64,000 nt of DNA, from contig OZ237738.1 in NCBI GenBank assembly GCA_965178125.1, forward strand, positions 434,001 through 498,000. The letters run 5' to 3'. Of the stretch, positions 25,401 through 37,441 are shown piece after piece; within the stretch, counting starts at the first letter, position 1, and each line of letters begins with the position of its first letter. Both the position numbers and the translations under genes were made by a program. This stretch comes from Bilabrum cf. latius. Taxonomy: Eukaryota. The notes below the pieces were generated by a model. The model was not told the DNA's origin. It ran no database searches and saw nothing but the letters and a program-made list of their open reading frames with translations.

Positions 25401-28400
25401 CACCGTGAACTTCGGACTTGGTAGCACTGGCGTCTAAAGCCGCTGCCTGGTCATCCACAGAACCAGCTGCACTAAGAGAGCGCCCACTAGCCAATGGAAC
25501 TGGGACCGGTATCGTCTGCACCGAACTTGTACGAACCTCCTTGGTCGGCGAATCAGCCTGCTGTGGGTGGTGTCCACCGGCTTGCCTTACTTCCTCGAGC
25601 TCGACTCGCAGAGAATCGGTCTGAGTCATGGAGACCGTAAGCTTGGCCTCGAGCGAGCGAATCTTCCGCTTGGCATTCTTTAGGTCTTCAGACTTGATCG
25701 CAAGCACAGCTTCCTGGTCAGCCAGAGTCTCGATGAGCCTGTCGGTGTCCCTGAGGCTGGCCTGCGTGCCGGCAGTGGAGGTGGAGCCCATGGTGTCGTT
25801 CAGCGCAGATAGCTCTGCATTGTCCTGCTCAGCATTCCGGAGCTTCCTCTCGAGATGCACTGCCCTCGACATGGACTCGTCACACTGCCTCTCCAACTTG
25901 CGCACTCGCTGCTCCAAGTCCGAGCGCAGCCTCTCAGCACTATTAGATGCTGCCTCGGCGACTTGCAGCCGCTCCTTCAGCATCTCCTCCTGCTGCTGGC
26001 TTGCTCGCACAGCAGCTTCCAGCTCCTGCGTCTTGGTCCGCAATACTTCATCAGGAGCAACCTGGGCCCGGGCCAACTCGCCCTACAGATGCTCCAAAGC
26101 ATCACGATGCCTCTGCTCCTACTCGCTCAGTTTCTAGCGCTCTTCCCGAAGGGCCGCTTGCGCTTCACGCACCTGGGACTAGGCCTCGTCGCTAGACTGC
26201 TCAGCTGCCTTGACCTAGGCCTGCAGCTCATCAACTTGCTTCGCACGCGCATTCAATTGGTCCAGCAGCTGCTGTTGGCGCGTGTCTGAATCGCCTGCGC
26301 GAGAGCTAACATCTCCTGGACTAGATTCAGCGATGGCAGCTGCCCCTGGTCCAGTACTACTCGCATCCTCACCGTGAGCGGCGTCGCCATCATCGCCGTC
26401 ATCAGCCCCGAAGAAGCCGCTCGTGCTCTCGACGCTCCTCGCAGTGTCCTTCGGTGCCTCTGCACCTTGATCCTCGGACTACATCCCGGCCACATCAACG
26501 CCGAAGCCGAGGAGTTCCGCGCTGCTAGCGACCGGCGTAGCCTCCTGCACCCGAGCCGGGCGCATGGCCTCAGTGGCCATCTTGGCTCTGAGCTCTTCGC
26601 ACTGCCTAGACAGGGACTCCTTGGCAGCGATCGCATCCTACAGCTTCTCCGCTGCAGACGCACTGCCAGTTTCGGCTTCCCTTGCATCATCCTCCGCCTT
26701 CTGCACCCTATCGCGGAGAGCTTGGATCTGCTGGGTGCCAGCCACCACCTGTTGACGAGCCTCTTTCAGGTCAAGCTCGAGCTGCTGTGTCCTGCCTTGC
26801 GATTCCTGAAGTGCCCTTTCCGCCGTCTATTTCTCTTTGACAGCCTGGTCGCACGCAGTCTGAAGGTCGCGCAGCTTGTTGCCCGCCTGCCGGAGCTCCT
26901 CGAGCTCGTTCTGGAGCGACGTGATCTCATCGTTTGCGAGATCCAGGTTGGACTCAAGCTCCAGCTTCTCCTCGTCAAAGGCCGCCTGCAGCCCCTCTTT
27001 TGCGCTGTCCCGACCAATCTCCTCGCCCTATGCGCGGGCCGCATCAATGGCCTTCGCTAGGGAGTCTTGCAGCTACTTCAACTCGGCCTCAAGTCTAGAT
27101 GCAGTCTCACGCGCCCGAGCAGCATCCCCGCTCAGTTCTGAATCTTTAGCCGCCAACGCAGCATTCGCTTGCTCAAGTTGCTGCTCAAGTCGTCTGCATG
27201 CCTTCTGCGCGCTGTCACACTGCTTGTTGGTCTGGTCAAGCATGGCCTGCAAGCTGCTAGCCTTCTGCTCCAGTGCTTCCACCTTGCTGGCATATTGCCC
27301 TTCAATCTCACGAACCTTCGCATCGTGCGCCTCCTGACACGCAGCAAGTGCCTAGTCCCTCGCAGCTGCGGTAGCATGCTGGCGGCATTGCTCCAGGGCT
27401 AGTTCATGCTGCTGCTCCATCTACTAGCGAAGTACTTCCGTCTCACGCTGATGCTGTTCCTGCAGTTTCTCGGCCTGCACTCTTGCGTCGCGGCGGGCCG
27501 CTTCCAGCTCTGCAGCAGCTGCATCAAGCTCAGCTTGCATCTACGACCTGGTTGAGTCCAGCTCTGCCTGCGCCTTTGCAGCTGCAGCAGCAATGGAAGC
27601 CTTGGCCTCATCTCCGTGCTTAGAGTCTGCCACGATGGCTTCAAGCTGCTTCGTCCTCGACTGCAGCTTCGCTTCCAGTGCCTATGCCCGTTTCTGTAGC
27701 TCTATTCTATCTTTGATGGCCTTGGTGAGAAGCTCCTTTGCGTTTGCGTTTTTCTCTTTGAGGCCAACGGCACGCTTGCGCCAAGTCTCAACCTGCGGCT
27801 CCAGCTCCTGCCTCACCTTGTTGGCCGCCTCGGCCTCGGCCTCGCGCTTGCGAGCCGCAGCCACCTCTAACTTGCTCTGCAAGTCGATCGCATGCTCGCG
27901 ATGGAGCTCAGCAACAACGGCAGACTTGGTGCGCTCGAGACCGGCCGCCTCTGTGTCAGCATGTGACTCGCGCATCCGCTGCAGCTCTGCAGCATGAGAG
28001 GCCCGCGCAACTGCCTCCCGGTCTCGCGTCTCTTGGTGGGCCTGCCTCTCGTTCCGTAGCCTCTGCTCCAAGTCCTCAACCCGGTGCGAAAGCTCCCTCC
28101 TCGCATCCTCCAGCTCGCGCTGGGTGCTGGATAGGCGAGACTCGACCCCCGCCAGGTCCTCTGCGGCCTTGTCAGCGGTTTGCTGGGCAGAGTCTCGCTC
28201 CTGCCTTGCGGATGCAAGCTTGACTTCCAGGTCTTGCAGCGCGCCTTGGTCGCTCTCTGCGGCTGATGGCAGCTCAGGCTCCTTCCGAAGTGGGCCGCTC
28301 TCCGTTCTCGCCTGTCCTTCGGACACGCCCCGCTCATACTCCTCCCGCGCCTTGCTCTCTCCTGCCCGTATCTTCTCTACCAGCTTCGACTTCCACAGTT

Positions 28401-31400
28401 CGTTCTGCTCCCTGACCTTTGCCTTGGCCTTGGCTTTGAACTCATCGTGAGCCTGCTGCAGCCTTGCCAGTTCCTGCTAGCTCTCGTCTAGCTGCTGCTT
28501 GAGCGCCTGCGAGTTGGCTCTGGTCTCCTCGAGGGCTTGCTGCAGATCCGCCCGGATAGCCGCGTCCTCGGCTGCCTTGCTACGGTCTGCAGCCTGCTGT
28601 TCTGCCGCGAAGACATCCGTGGTCGACCCTAGCGCCGCCGCCCCGCTCGAACCCCCGGCTGAGACAAGAGCCTCTACAGCCTTCGAGCTCGAGCCGCCGC
28701 CGCCGAGCCCGGTGAATTCGCCGTCCACCGACTGAGACGAGCCTCCCGCCCCCAAGGAAGACCCCCCCGATTGGTTCACGCCAACTCGCTCGAGAACGAT
28801 AGCTGCAGCGTCCAAGGTCTGCTGTGACGAGCTCACGCACGCGTCCAACCGAGACTGAAGATGCGTTGGAACGACCAGCACTTGCTTAGCTACGTCTGAT
28901 GACTCGGTGCCGCTTGCACCATCGTGCTCCAACCCATTTTGAGCAGGTACAGTACTGGAGGCAGCCTTAAGCTGCTCTTTAGCTTGCAACAGCCGTGACC
29001 GCAAGTCGGCAAGGTCGGATTCCAAGCCTCCTGCCCTTGCCTCGGCCTCAGCGCGAGCCTGCACGGCAGCTTCGGCCTGCTCTGTCAGGTTGGCCCGCGA
29101 TACGTCGGCTTGCTGCAATGCTTCGCGCGCCTGTGCAGCCTCTTGAGCCGCAGTCTGCGCTTGCATCGACAAGATCTCATTGGCTCGCTCCATTTCCTCC
29201 AGCTTGGATTGGTCCTCGCTAAGCTGCGACTGCAGGGCCGCAAGCTGCTTCTAGGCTGCGTCGCCGCTTGCGGACAAGCGAGACCTTTCTGCTTCCAGTG
29301 CACCTTGAGCAGCCGAAAGTTCACCTTCCAGTCGCGACGCGGTGGCCTCAGCGCTTTCTGCTCGCTCTTGCATCTCGGACGCACTGCTTCGAGCCTGGTC
29401 CAGCTCATCCTGCAGCTGTTGGGTGTCGGCGGCGGCCTTGTCTGCTGACTGCTCAGCCTCCTCGAATCGCTAACGCGCAGTCTGTGCCGATTCTTCCGCG
29501 GCTTGCAGCTTTACGTTGAGCTAACTCTCAGTGATGGTGGCTCGGGTCACCGCTTGCTCCAGCTCTCCTCGGAGCTTCGCTGCCTCGTCGCCTGCGCCCG
29601 ATTCCAGCTCCTGCACCCTCGAGGCTAGCTGTGAAATCTGCTTGTCCTTGTCCTGAGTACTAGCCGACTGCTGGATCATGGCTTCTTCGGCTTCTGCCAG
29701 TTTGGACCTGATCTCCTCCAGCTTGGTAAGCCGCTCCTAGCTCTCTGCCTTCGCAGCCTGCAAGTCGCTCTCCAATGAGTCAATCCGCAACTGACCCTGA
29801 TCCGACTCGTTTCGTGCAGCTTCGAGGTCAGCCTATACAAGCCCAAGTGCGGCTGCGTGCTCTCGCACTGCAGCCTCAAGTTGGCTTTGAAGCTCGTCTG
29901 TGCGGGCCTGCGCATCGCTTTGCGCCCGTGCCAGCTCCTCCTTTGCCTGGCTGGCCGCTTCCGCTCGTGCCCCCTCTACAGCCTCTTGCAGCTGTGCTTG
30001 CGCCCGTGACTGCTCCGCCTCAAGCGCTCTGCTGATTTCCTACTGCTGGTGTTTTGCGGTTTCGAGCTTCACCTGGGCCTCCGTGTCGGCTCTCACCCGC
30101 TCCAGTGCCGCGTCATGCTCGCCCTTCCACTTCGCCTCGGCCTCTTGCAGCAGCGCCTCACGCAGGTCACGCAGCCTGTCCCTAGCTTTGTGCAGGAGCT
30201 CGTGCTCGGACACAAAGGTAGAAGAGGCATCTGCTAGCGCAGCAAGTCTGACAGTTGTCGTGTCCAGTCCAGAGCTATCCAGCTGTGAAGCCGCAGGTTT
30301 CCCGTTGCTGTCTGCATCAGCTGCGGACCCGTCCGAAGACTGAGCACCCGCGGGTTTTTGGGGCGAGAGCTACTGCGTAAGGGCTCCTAGGAATGCATTG
30401 GCAAGCTGCGGTGACACCACACTCTACTGAGCCCCTGCTCCAGCCCTCTGTATCGGCGTGGTGGGGCCGGCAGCGCCGTTTGGTGCGCCAGCATGGCCGC
30501 CCTTGGTCGGAGTGGAAGCTCTTCCTGGCGCGGCAGGCGATGCAGCGGCACGCTCCTACGCCTCCTTGGCCTGCTTGGAAGCTGCCTCGAGCTCCTTCAC
30601 GGCCTCTCTGAGTCGCCCTGCCTCGCTGGCCAACTTGTCCTTGGAGACTGCCGCCCTGCTGGCCTGATCCCGGGCGGCGTCTGCCTCCTCCAGCGCAGCG
30701 GCGAGTTGCGCCTCGGCATCCTCTGCCCTCTCCGACAGCGCCTCTCTCAGTTTCTCTGCTTCCGCTGCTTCTTCCGAAGCTCGCTGCAGCTGCTCCAAAG
30801 CCGCATCCCGGGCTGCCTCAGCCGCGGCAGCCGTCTGCTCCGATTCTTGCCGAGCGCTCTGCTCCTGCTCCATTCTGGACTGCAAATCCGCAAATTGGCC
30901 TCGCAGCTGATCCAGTTCTTGCTGCATTTGCTGGACCTGGTCCTGTGCGCCTGCCTGCGACCCCTGCACTGCCTAGATCTCGAGGAGCTGCTGCTGCACG
31001 TTCTGCAGCTCCTCTCTGGCCGCCGCAGCCTCCTTTTGCTCGCGACTCAGTGACTCCGCTGCTGTCTGCAGATCGCGACGGAGGCGCTCTGCCTGTTGCT
31101 GCAGCGCCTCGCTAGCCTGGGCGTGCTGGGCCTCCATCTCGGAGCGAACCCCAGCACACGCCTCTGCCACGTGCTGCTCGACCTGCTCCTCAGACCAGCT
31201 TACAGCTTGCGAATCAGCGCCACTCGAGGCATGATCATGGCTCAGGTCATTACTTTCCAATGACGAACTTTGAAGCGCATTTGCGTCCGCCAGCTCGCGC
31301 TTCAACCGCAGTATGTCCTCCTGCATCCTGGCAACTTCGTCGTCGTGCCCGCCAGCCTCAGGTCCACCAGCCAGCTGCCCACTTCCTTCGGTGCCAAGCT

Positions 31401-31679
31401 ACTATTCAAGTTCTTCAACGCGACGCTACAGGCGTTCGTTGGAGTGGCTTATCTCTGCGAGACAAAGCGAGGCATGCATAGATCCACAAGGGCCACATTT
31501 CAAATCGTGTAAACACCATCGGTGTAGGAGGTCTACGGCTGACAAGCGTGTCTACAAGGTCAACATCTGGACGCACCTGCAGATTTCAATCTGGCTTCAG
31601 ACAGTGCTTTCTGCAAAAACTCCTCGTTCGTCGGTTGGTCTCCGTCATCATCATCGCCAAAGAGTCCCAAGAAACTCAT
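22402..31679 (-). CDS. Large Ala/Glu/Gln-rich coiled-coil protein with acidic low-complexity C-terminal third (~3,051 aa), 2 exons (31679-31577, 31454-22402)
   Basis: The major - strand ORF fragments (22402, 23269, 24859, 27073, 27682, 28477, 30556, 30973) share one frame linked only by TAG, including a tandem TAG TAG at 27421-27426. No in-frame TAA/TGA on a triplet scan. Heptad-rich composition; TGA stop. Confidence 0.8.
24761..24835. repeat. (GCACCA)n coding microsatellite encoding a Gly-Ala repeat in the coiled-coil gene
   Basis: Direct hexamer repeat with one imperfect unit; reads AGAGAG... on the - strand. Confidence 0.9.
31455..31576 (-). other. Spliceosomal intron (122 nt, phase 1) in the coiled-coil gene
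   Basis: GTGCGT...TCTCGCAG; contains TGA codons; removing it joins MSFLGLFGDDDD...KSA to EISHSNER in frame. Confidence 0.7.
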
Positions 31680-31869
31680 TTTCAACCCAAAGACTGGGCC
31701 AGATCTAAGTCCAATAGATCACTTAATTGTATGTGCTAACCCTTGTGCGCTTGCCTGCAAGGAGAGCTGTATTTGGCCCTCGCCCTGCTTCGGTGGTCCG
31801 AGAAATCAGAATCGCACGCAACCCCACAACGGTTCGATCCGGTCGTCTTCGGCCAATTGTGAGCTCCAA

Positions 31870-34458
31870 ATGGCCCAGTCATCGGCAGCAGCAAGTAAGT
31901 CTACTGGCGCATTTCGGACCGAGGTCACTGCTCAAGGCGAGCAGCTCGTTTTTCGATAGGGCCACCAGAAATTGCCGAATGGAGACGAATACTTTGGCGA
32001 GTTCGTAAACAATCGAAAGCATGGTAAGGGCATACTGTAGAAAAGTAATGGGGACAAGTATGAGGGCGAGTTTGCGAAAGGGCTGTACCATGGCCGCGGC
32101 ACGCTATCTCTGGCCGAACACAAAGTTGCCGGTCGAACAGTAGTTGGATGGAAGTATTAGGGAGAGTGGAAGCACGGAATGAAGCATGGCACTGGCTTGC
32201 TCATGCCTGGGAACGGAGATGTGTACCAAGGCAGCTTCGAAGGTGACAAGTTTCATGGATACGGCGAAATGCGCTATGCATCGGGAGATGCGTACCAGGG
32301 GGGCTGGATGCGTGGCCTGCGACACGGTAAGGGTACGCTTCGATTTAGACGTGGGGGATGGTATCAAGGCCAGTTCTACCGCAACATGTACCACGGGGCC
32401 GGGGAGATCCGGTACGGCAGAGGGAGTGGTAGCTACGTTGGTGGTTTCAAGACTGGCCGGCGGAGCGGCGTCGGGAAGCGCGTGTGGGCATCTGGCTCCG
32501 AGTACGAGGGCGAGTGGAAAGAGGACTGCATGGAGGGTAAAGGGGTGTACAAGAATGCAAACGGGGACATGTATGTAGGCGAGTTCAGGCAGGACAGGTA
32601 CCACGGGCAGGGAGTGGTGCAGCACGCAAACGGGGACAGATACACTGGCTAGTTCCAGTACGGCGTTCCCTGCGGGGTGGGGAGGTATGAGTACGCCACG
32701 GGGGGCTACTACGAGGGCCAGTACTGGGCGCTCGTGCGCACGGGCATCAAGTGGCGGCGCGACGCCGAGGACGAGGCCAATGAGGAGGACCCTGACGGGG
32801 ACGGGCCCATGCGGTGGCTCGCAGGAGCGAAGAAGCTGAACGCCCCGGCTGCTGCCCTCGAACGAAAAAAGCAGCAGCAGGCGCGAAGGGACAAGGCATA
32901 CGACGTTAAGAACCCGCTGTCGAAGGCGGAGCGCATGCGCAGGCACATGCTCAACCGCTAGTACGGCCGCATCATCGTTGGGTCGGAGCACGACGATCCC
33001 AGCAGGGGCGGTGTGCTCGTGCCTGCGCGAGACGGGAAGAGGCACGGCCGAGGGGTTCGGGTGTTCGCCTCTGGGGCTAGGTACGAGGGCGACTGGTACT
33101 AGGGCGAGATGCATGGTTTCGGTGTGTACGTGGGTGCGGGGCCCACCGGGGAGAGGTATGAGGGCGGGTGGGAGCGAGGCTAGCGGCACGGTAGGGGAGT
33201 CGCGAGCTACGGGAACACCAACGGTGGCAAGTACGTGTGTCCTCTCGGTCGGCTGCAGCATGGGTCTGCCGGCAGGTGCATCTATGACGGTGAGTGGGCC
33301 TCGAATCGATTTGAGGGGCAGGGCAAGTTCATGTGGGCGGATGGGCGCAGCTACGAGGGCGAGTTCAAGGCCGGCCAGAAGCAAGGGTGGGGGAGCGAGG
33401 TGATCATGGACCAGGAGACGCTCAAGCGAGAGATCAGGCACCGCGGGTCTGCGGGCATGGTGAACCGCTTGATGCGGTACGAAGGCCAGTACGTAGAGGG
33501 CCAGCGCACGGGCAAGTGTAGGATGTACATGGCCACGGGAGACACGCTGGAGGGACGCATCATCCATGGAAGGCTGGAAGGCCCCATCAAGTACACATTT
33601 GCCACGGGCAGGGTGTCTTACGCGTCCTTCCGCAATGGAAAGAGGGAGCGGTGGCTCAAGGGGGACGAGCTGCGCGAAGCGCTCGCGGCCGAGGCAACGA
33701 TGAACGTGCTGGGTCACGCCACTCTGGATGCAGGCGCCATCGGCGCAGCGCTCAAGGCGCGATCCAACTACAACCCCGACGACGATGACCCTAGGTTTAT
33801 GCGAAAGCGCTCCAAGTTTAATTTGATGCAGCAGCACGTCGCAGTGGAACCCCGCTTCGATAGTGACGGGATGCCCGCAGCAAGCGGAGGAGCGGAAGCG
33901 TCCTCCGCCCTGACAGGTGCTAGCAGCGGATTTTAGCTCGTCGGAGGTGCGTAGGAGCATAAATCTGCGGCCGAAGGAGGACACATCGACGGCGAGCTAG
34001 ACATGGGTGGCGGCCAAGGAGGCAGGCAGCGGTTTTCATCCGCTGCCAGCCAGGGGTACCAGATGTCGGTCAGTACGGCCACTGGAGCTGGGGCGCCCAG
34101 GGATGCGTTTCGCCTGGAACCCATTGAGACCGGGAGCGCTAGTCACGGCGGGGTGATGGCAGCGCGAACGCCTGTGTATTCCGGTGCGGACAGCCTAGCG
34201 CCTGTCACTCCCGTGATGGCGACAGGAGCCACGCCGGGCGAGACTCACTTCCATTTTGGTGGAGGCGCTGGCCGAGGCACTGGTGCTGCTGGTCGAGGTG
34301 TAGATCCCGGTCGACCTCCCAGGGCACTCTCTCCGATTGGCTCGCCAAAATCAGGCTAGCAAGAGGTCTGGCAGCGGGGCACTAGAGCTGCTGCTCAGAC
34401 CACGCGATCCCCAACGAATCGACTGGCTGCAGGCGCCTCGGCACGGGGTCCAGCGTAA
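31870..34458 (+). CDS. MORN-repeat protein, 862 aa
   Basis: Many Y-x-G-x-[WF]-x-x-G-x-x-H-G-x-G repeats in one frame, interrupted only by TAG (e.g. KY*GEWKHG, YTG*FQYG). This is the only gene here ending in TAA (34456-34458). Confidence 0.88.
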
Positions 34459-34599
34459 GCTGCACCCCGAGCAGATGTTGTTGTGTGCGTGATAATGAAA
34501 CAAAAATGAAGATAACTTGTGTGATGGTGACGTCCTTGCGACTGTATTTGGTTTCTCTTTGCCCGTCGTAAACGGCATTATTCCGGATTGTACATACAT

Positions 34600-37320
34600 T
34601 CACCTTGAAAACTGCCTCTTGTCCCCCTTCTCCCTGTGACCGTACGGGTTTTGAGCGCTGAACTTGTGGCCGGATTGCTTCAATCGCATCACAGCCGCCT
34701 TTGCCCGATCCCGCTTGGCCGGGTCTCCCACCCCACCACCACCACCCCTTCGCTTGATCTTGCCCGCCCCAGATGCGGCGCCTGGCACGACGGCATCCAG
34801 GTTCACCCGAGGAGGGACAGCGAACCCGAAGCCCTTGGCAACCTGCGGCAGGTCAAGCTCATTCACCTTGAAGATGTGCTTCAGCGAATGAGACGAGTAC
34901 GCCAGCAGGTAGGACCTGTAGGCATCCTTGGCAGACCTGTTGAGGTAGTAGTTGGATCCAATGAGCTTCTCCAGGTGGGGTCCTACCCTCGCTACCTTCT
35001 TGGCTGGCACCTCGAACTCGCTGAGGGTGACCCGCGCTGCCTTCAGGTAGCGCAGGAAGCCGAGCTCCTCCGGCAGCAAGAACAGCAGGGCCCGACCCTT
35101 GCCCTGGGCACCTCGCGCGGTACGACCCACTCGATGGATGTACTCCTTGGGGTCATCCGGGGGGTCGTACTGCACGATCCAATCCACGTAAGGGATGTCC
35201 AGGCCGCGGGCAGCAACGTCCGTGCACAGCAATATGCCACTCTTTCTGCTGTTGAACTCGAAGAACGTCGACGTGCGCCTCTGCTGCTTTTGCTTGCCAT
35301 GGATGCTCATCACTGGCACGTCGATGTAGTTGAGCAGCTCGGCGTGAAACTTGACGCTGTTGCAGGACGAGAGGAACACCATCACCTTTTTCTTCATCAT
35401 CTTCTTGAGGAAAGTGAACAGAAGCAAGAAGCGCTGCTCCGACGGACACACGATGTATCCTTGCTCAAGGGTGGAGACTGTGGCTTTCTGGTCGTCATCG
35501 TCGATACCGACGTACACGGGTTTCTGCTGGACGGCCAACCGGGCGATATCCTCTACCTTCTTGGTCTGCGTGGCACTAAAAAGGGCCGTCTGCCTGCTCT
35601 TCGGGAGCTTCTCGATGATTGCGCGGATCTCCTCCTCGAAGCCAATGTCGAGGATGCGGTCGGCCTCGTCCACGCACAGCACGAGCAGGTTCTTGACGTT
35701 GAAACCGCGAGTGTTGTTCAGGTGGTCTAGCAGGCGACCAGGCGTCGCGACAAGCAGGTTCACCCCCTTGACCAGGCGCTCCGCCTCTGTCCGTCGGTTG
35801 GCACCCCCGATCACCATGCCGTGAGTCAGGCCGAATCCGTCCAGGATCTGCCTGGCCGTCTCGTAGATCTAGATAGCCAGCTCGCGAGTCGGGGTGATAA
35901 TCACGGCACCTGTCCCGTTCCTTGCCTTGAACTTGGCCCGTGCCAGTAGCTCGATGGCTGGGATCAAGAAGGCCAGCGTCTTGCCGCTCCCTGTCTTGGC
36001 CGACCCCAGCACGTCGTTGCCGGACAGCAGATGAGGAATGGCGGCAGCCTGCACCTTAGTCATCGTCGCGAACCCAAGAGTCTTCAGCGCGGCCTGGGTC
36101 TTCTCCAAAAGAGGCAGCTCCGAGAAGCGCTGGTCGGAGAAGAAGCTCTTGTCCTGCATGGCGGCCTGCATCTTCTCCAGCTCCTCGCCAGTGGGGCCCT
36201 CGTCCTCCTCGGCTCGGGCGCGCTTCGACGAAGGCTCACCCGCCTCCCCACCATCTTCCCCATCCTCGGCCTCGCCGCCGAACCGCTCCCCTTCGTCTTC
36301 ACCGTCGTCGTCGCTCTCGCCGGCGTCTTCCCCCTCCGCCGCGACCGGCGCCTCAGTTGCGGCCTCGCTGCTCGGGGCAGCACCACCTGATGACTCATCG
36401 GAGGAAGTGGAGCGCCGTCTCTTCTTGCCGGCAATCGCCTCTTTCTCGTCTTCCAACTGCTTGGCATCATCGCTCCCCGCCCCAGAAGCTGGACCCCCCT
36501 CGGTTTCTGCTTTCTTGGCTAACTTTTCCTCTTTCTTGGCTTTCTTGTCCTTTTTGGATTTCTTCTCTTTCTTTGCTTTCTTAGCAGACTCTGCTTCCGC
36601 CTTCGCTTGCTTGCGAGCATCAAGAAGTCGCTTCTCGAGTGCATCTTCAGCCTCTGCAGCTGTCGACGCTGCAGCGGACGATGCAGATTGCTTGCTTGCC
36701 GCAGCTACCTCCGGCTTGCGAATTTCTCCACAATCGGCGATGGTGACCTTGCGTTTTGTAGTCCCTGATTCCGTTCCCATCCGCTCCAGCTGCTGCACAA
36801 CAGACTAACCAGCGATGACGCGGCCAAAAACTACGTGCTTGCCATTCAGCCAAGGCGTGGCGGCGGTAGTAATGAAGAACTGTGAGCCGTTCGTGTTCTT
36901 TCCAGCGTTCGCCATGCTCAGCAAGTAGGGTCGCGTGTGCTTCAGCCTGAAGTTCTCGTCACGAAATGTCCTCCCGAAAATGCTCTCGCCCCCCGTGCCG
37001 TTCCCTGCGGTGAAGTCACCGCCCTGGCACATGAATCCGGGAATGATGCGATGGAATTTGCTGCCCTTGTAGTGCAGCTGCTTTCCGAAACGGCCCCGGC
37101 CTTTCTCCCCAGTGCACAAACATCTGAAATTTTCGGCAGTCTTAGGGACAACGTCGCTGAACAGCTCGAACTCGATGCGACCGACCGACTTGCCGTTTGC
37201 AGCCATTTCGAAGAAGACTCTTGGTCGTTGGCTGTCGCCACCAGCCTGACTTCCAGGCGATCGCGACAAACTGCCAGGATGTTTTAGGTGCTTTGACGCC
37301 TTGGATTTATGTTTCGGCAT
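34600..37320 (-). CDS. Cyclophilin-type PPIase fused N-terminally to DDX18/Has1 DEAD-box RNA helicase, 906 aa
   Basis: Cyclophilin: [53 protein letters not shown]...VTIADCG. Lys/Glu-rich linker. Helicase: [50 protein letters not shown], and the Has1-type [11 protein letters not shown] tail. TAG at 36805 and 35869; TGA stop. Confidence 0.92.
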
Positions 37321-37441
37321 TTCTTAGACTCAAGCAAGACCGAAAAAAGTGAAAGGGAACATGCTCGCAGCCCCGAAGGTTCGTTATGGAGGTTCGCTGG
37401 AACCAAACAGCAACTGTTGAACTGAAGCATTCTTGCCTATC

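Noticed and set aside
32104-33984. 626-aa antisense ORF
   Set aside because: Shadow frame opposite the GC-rich MORN-repeat gene; no recognisable motifs.
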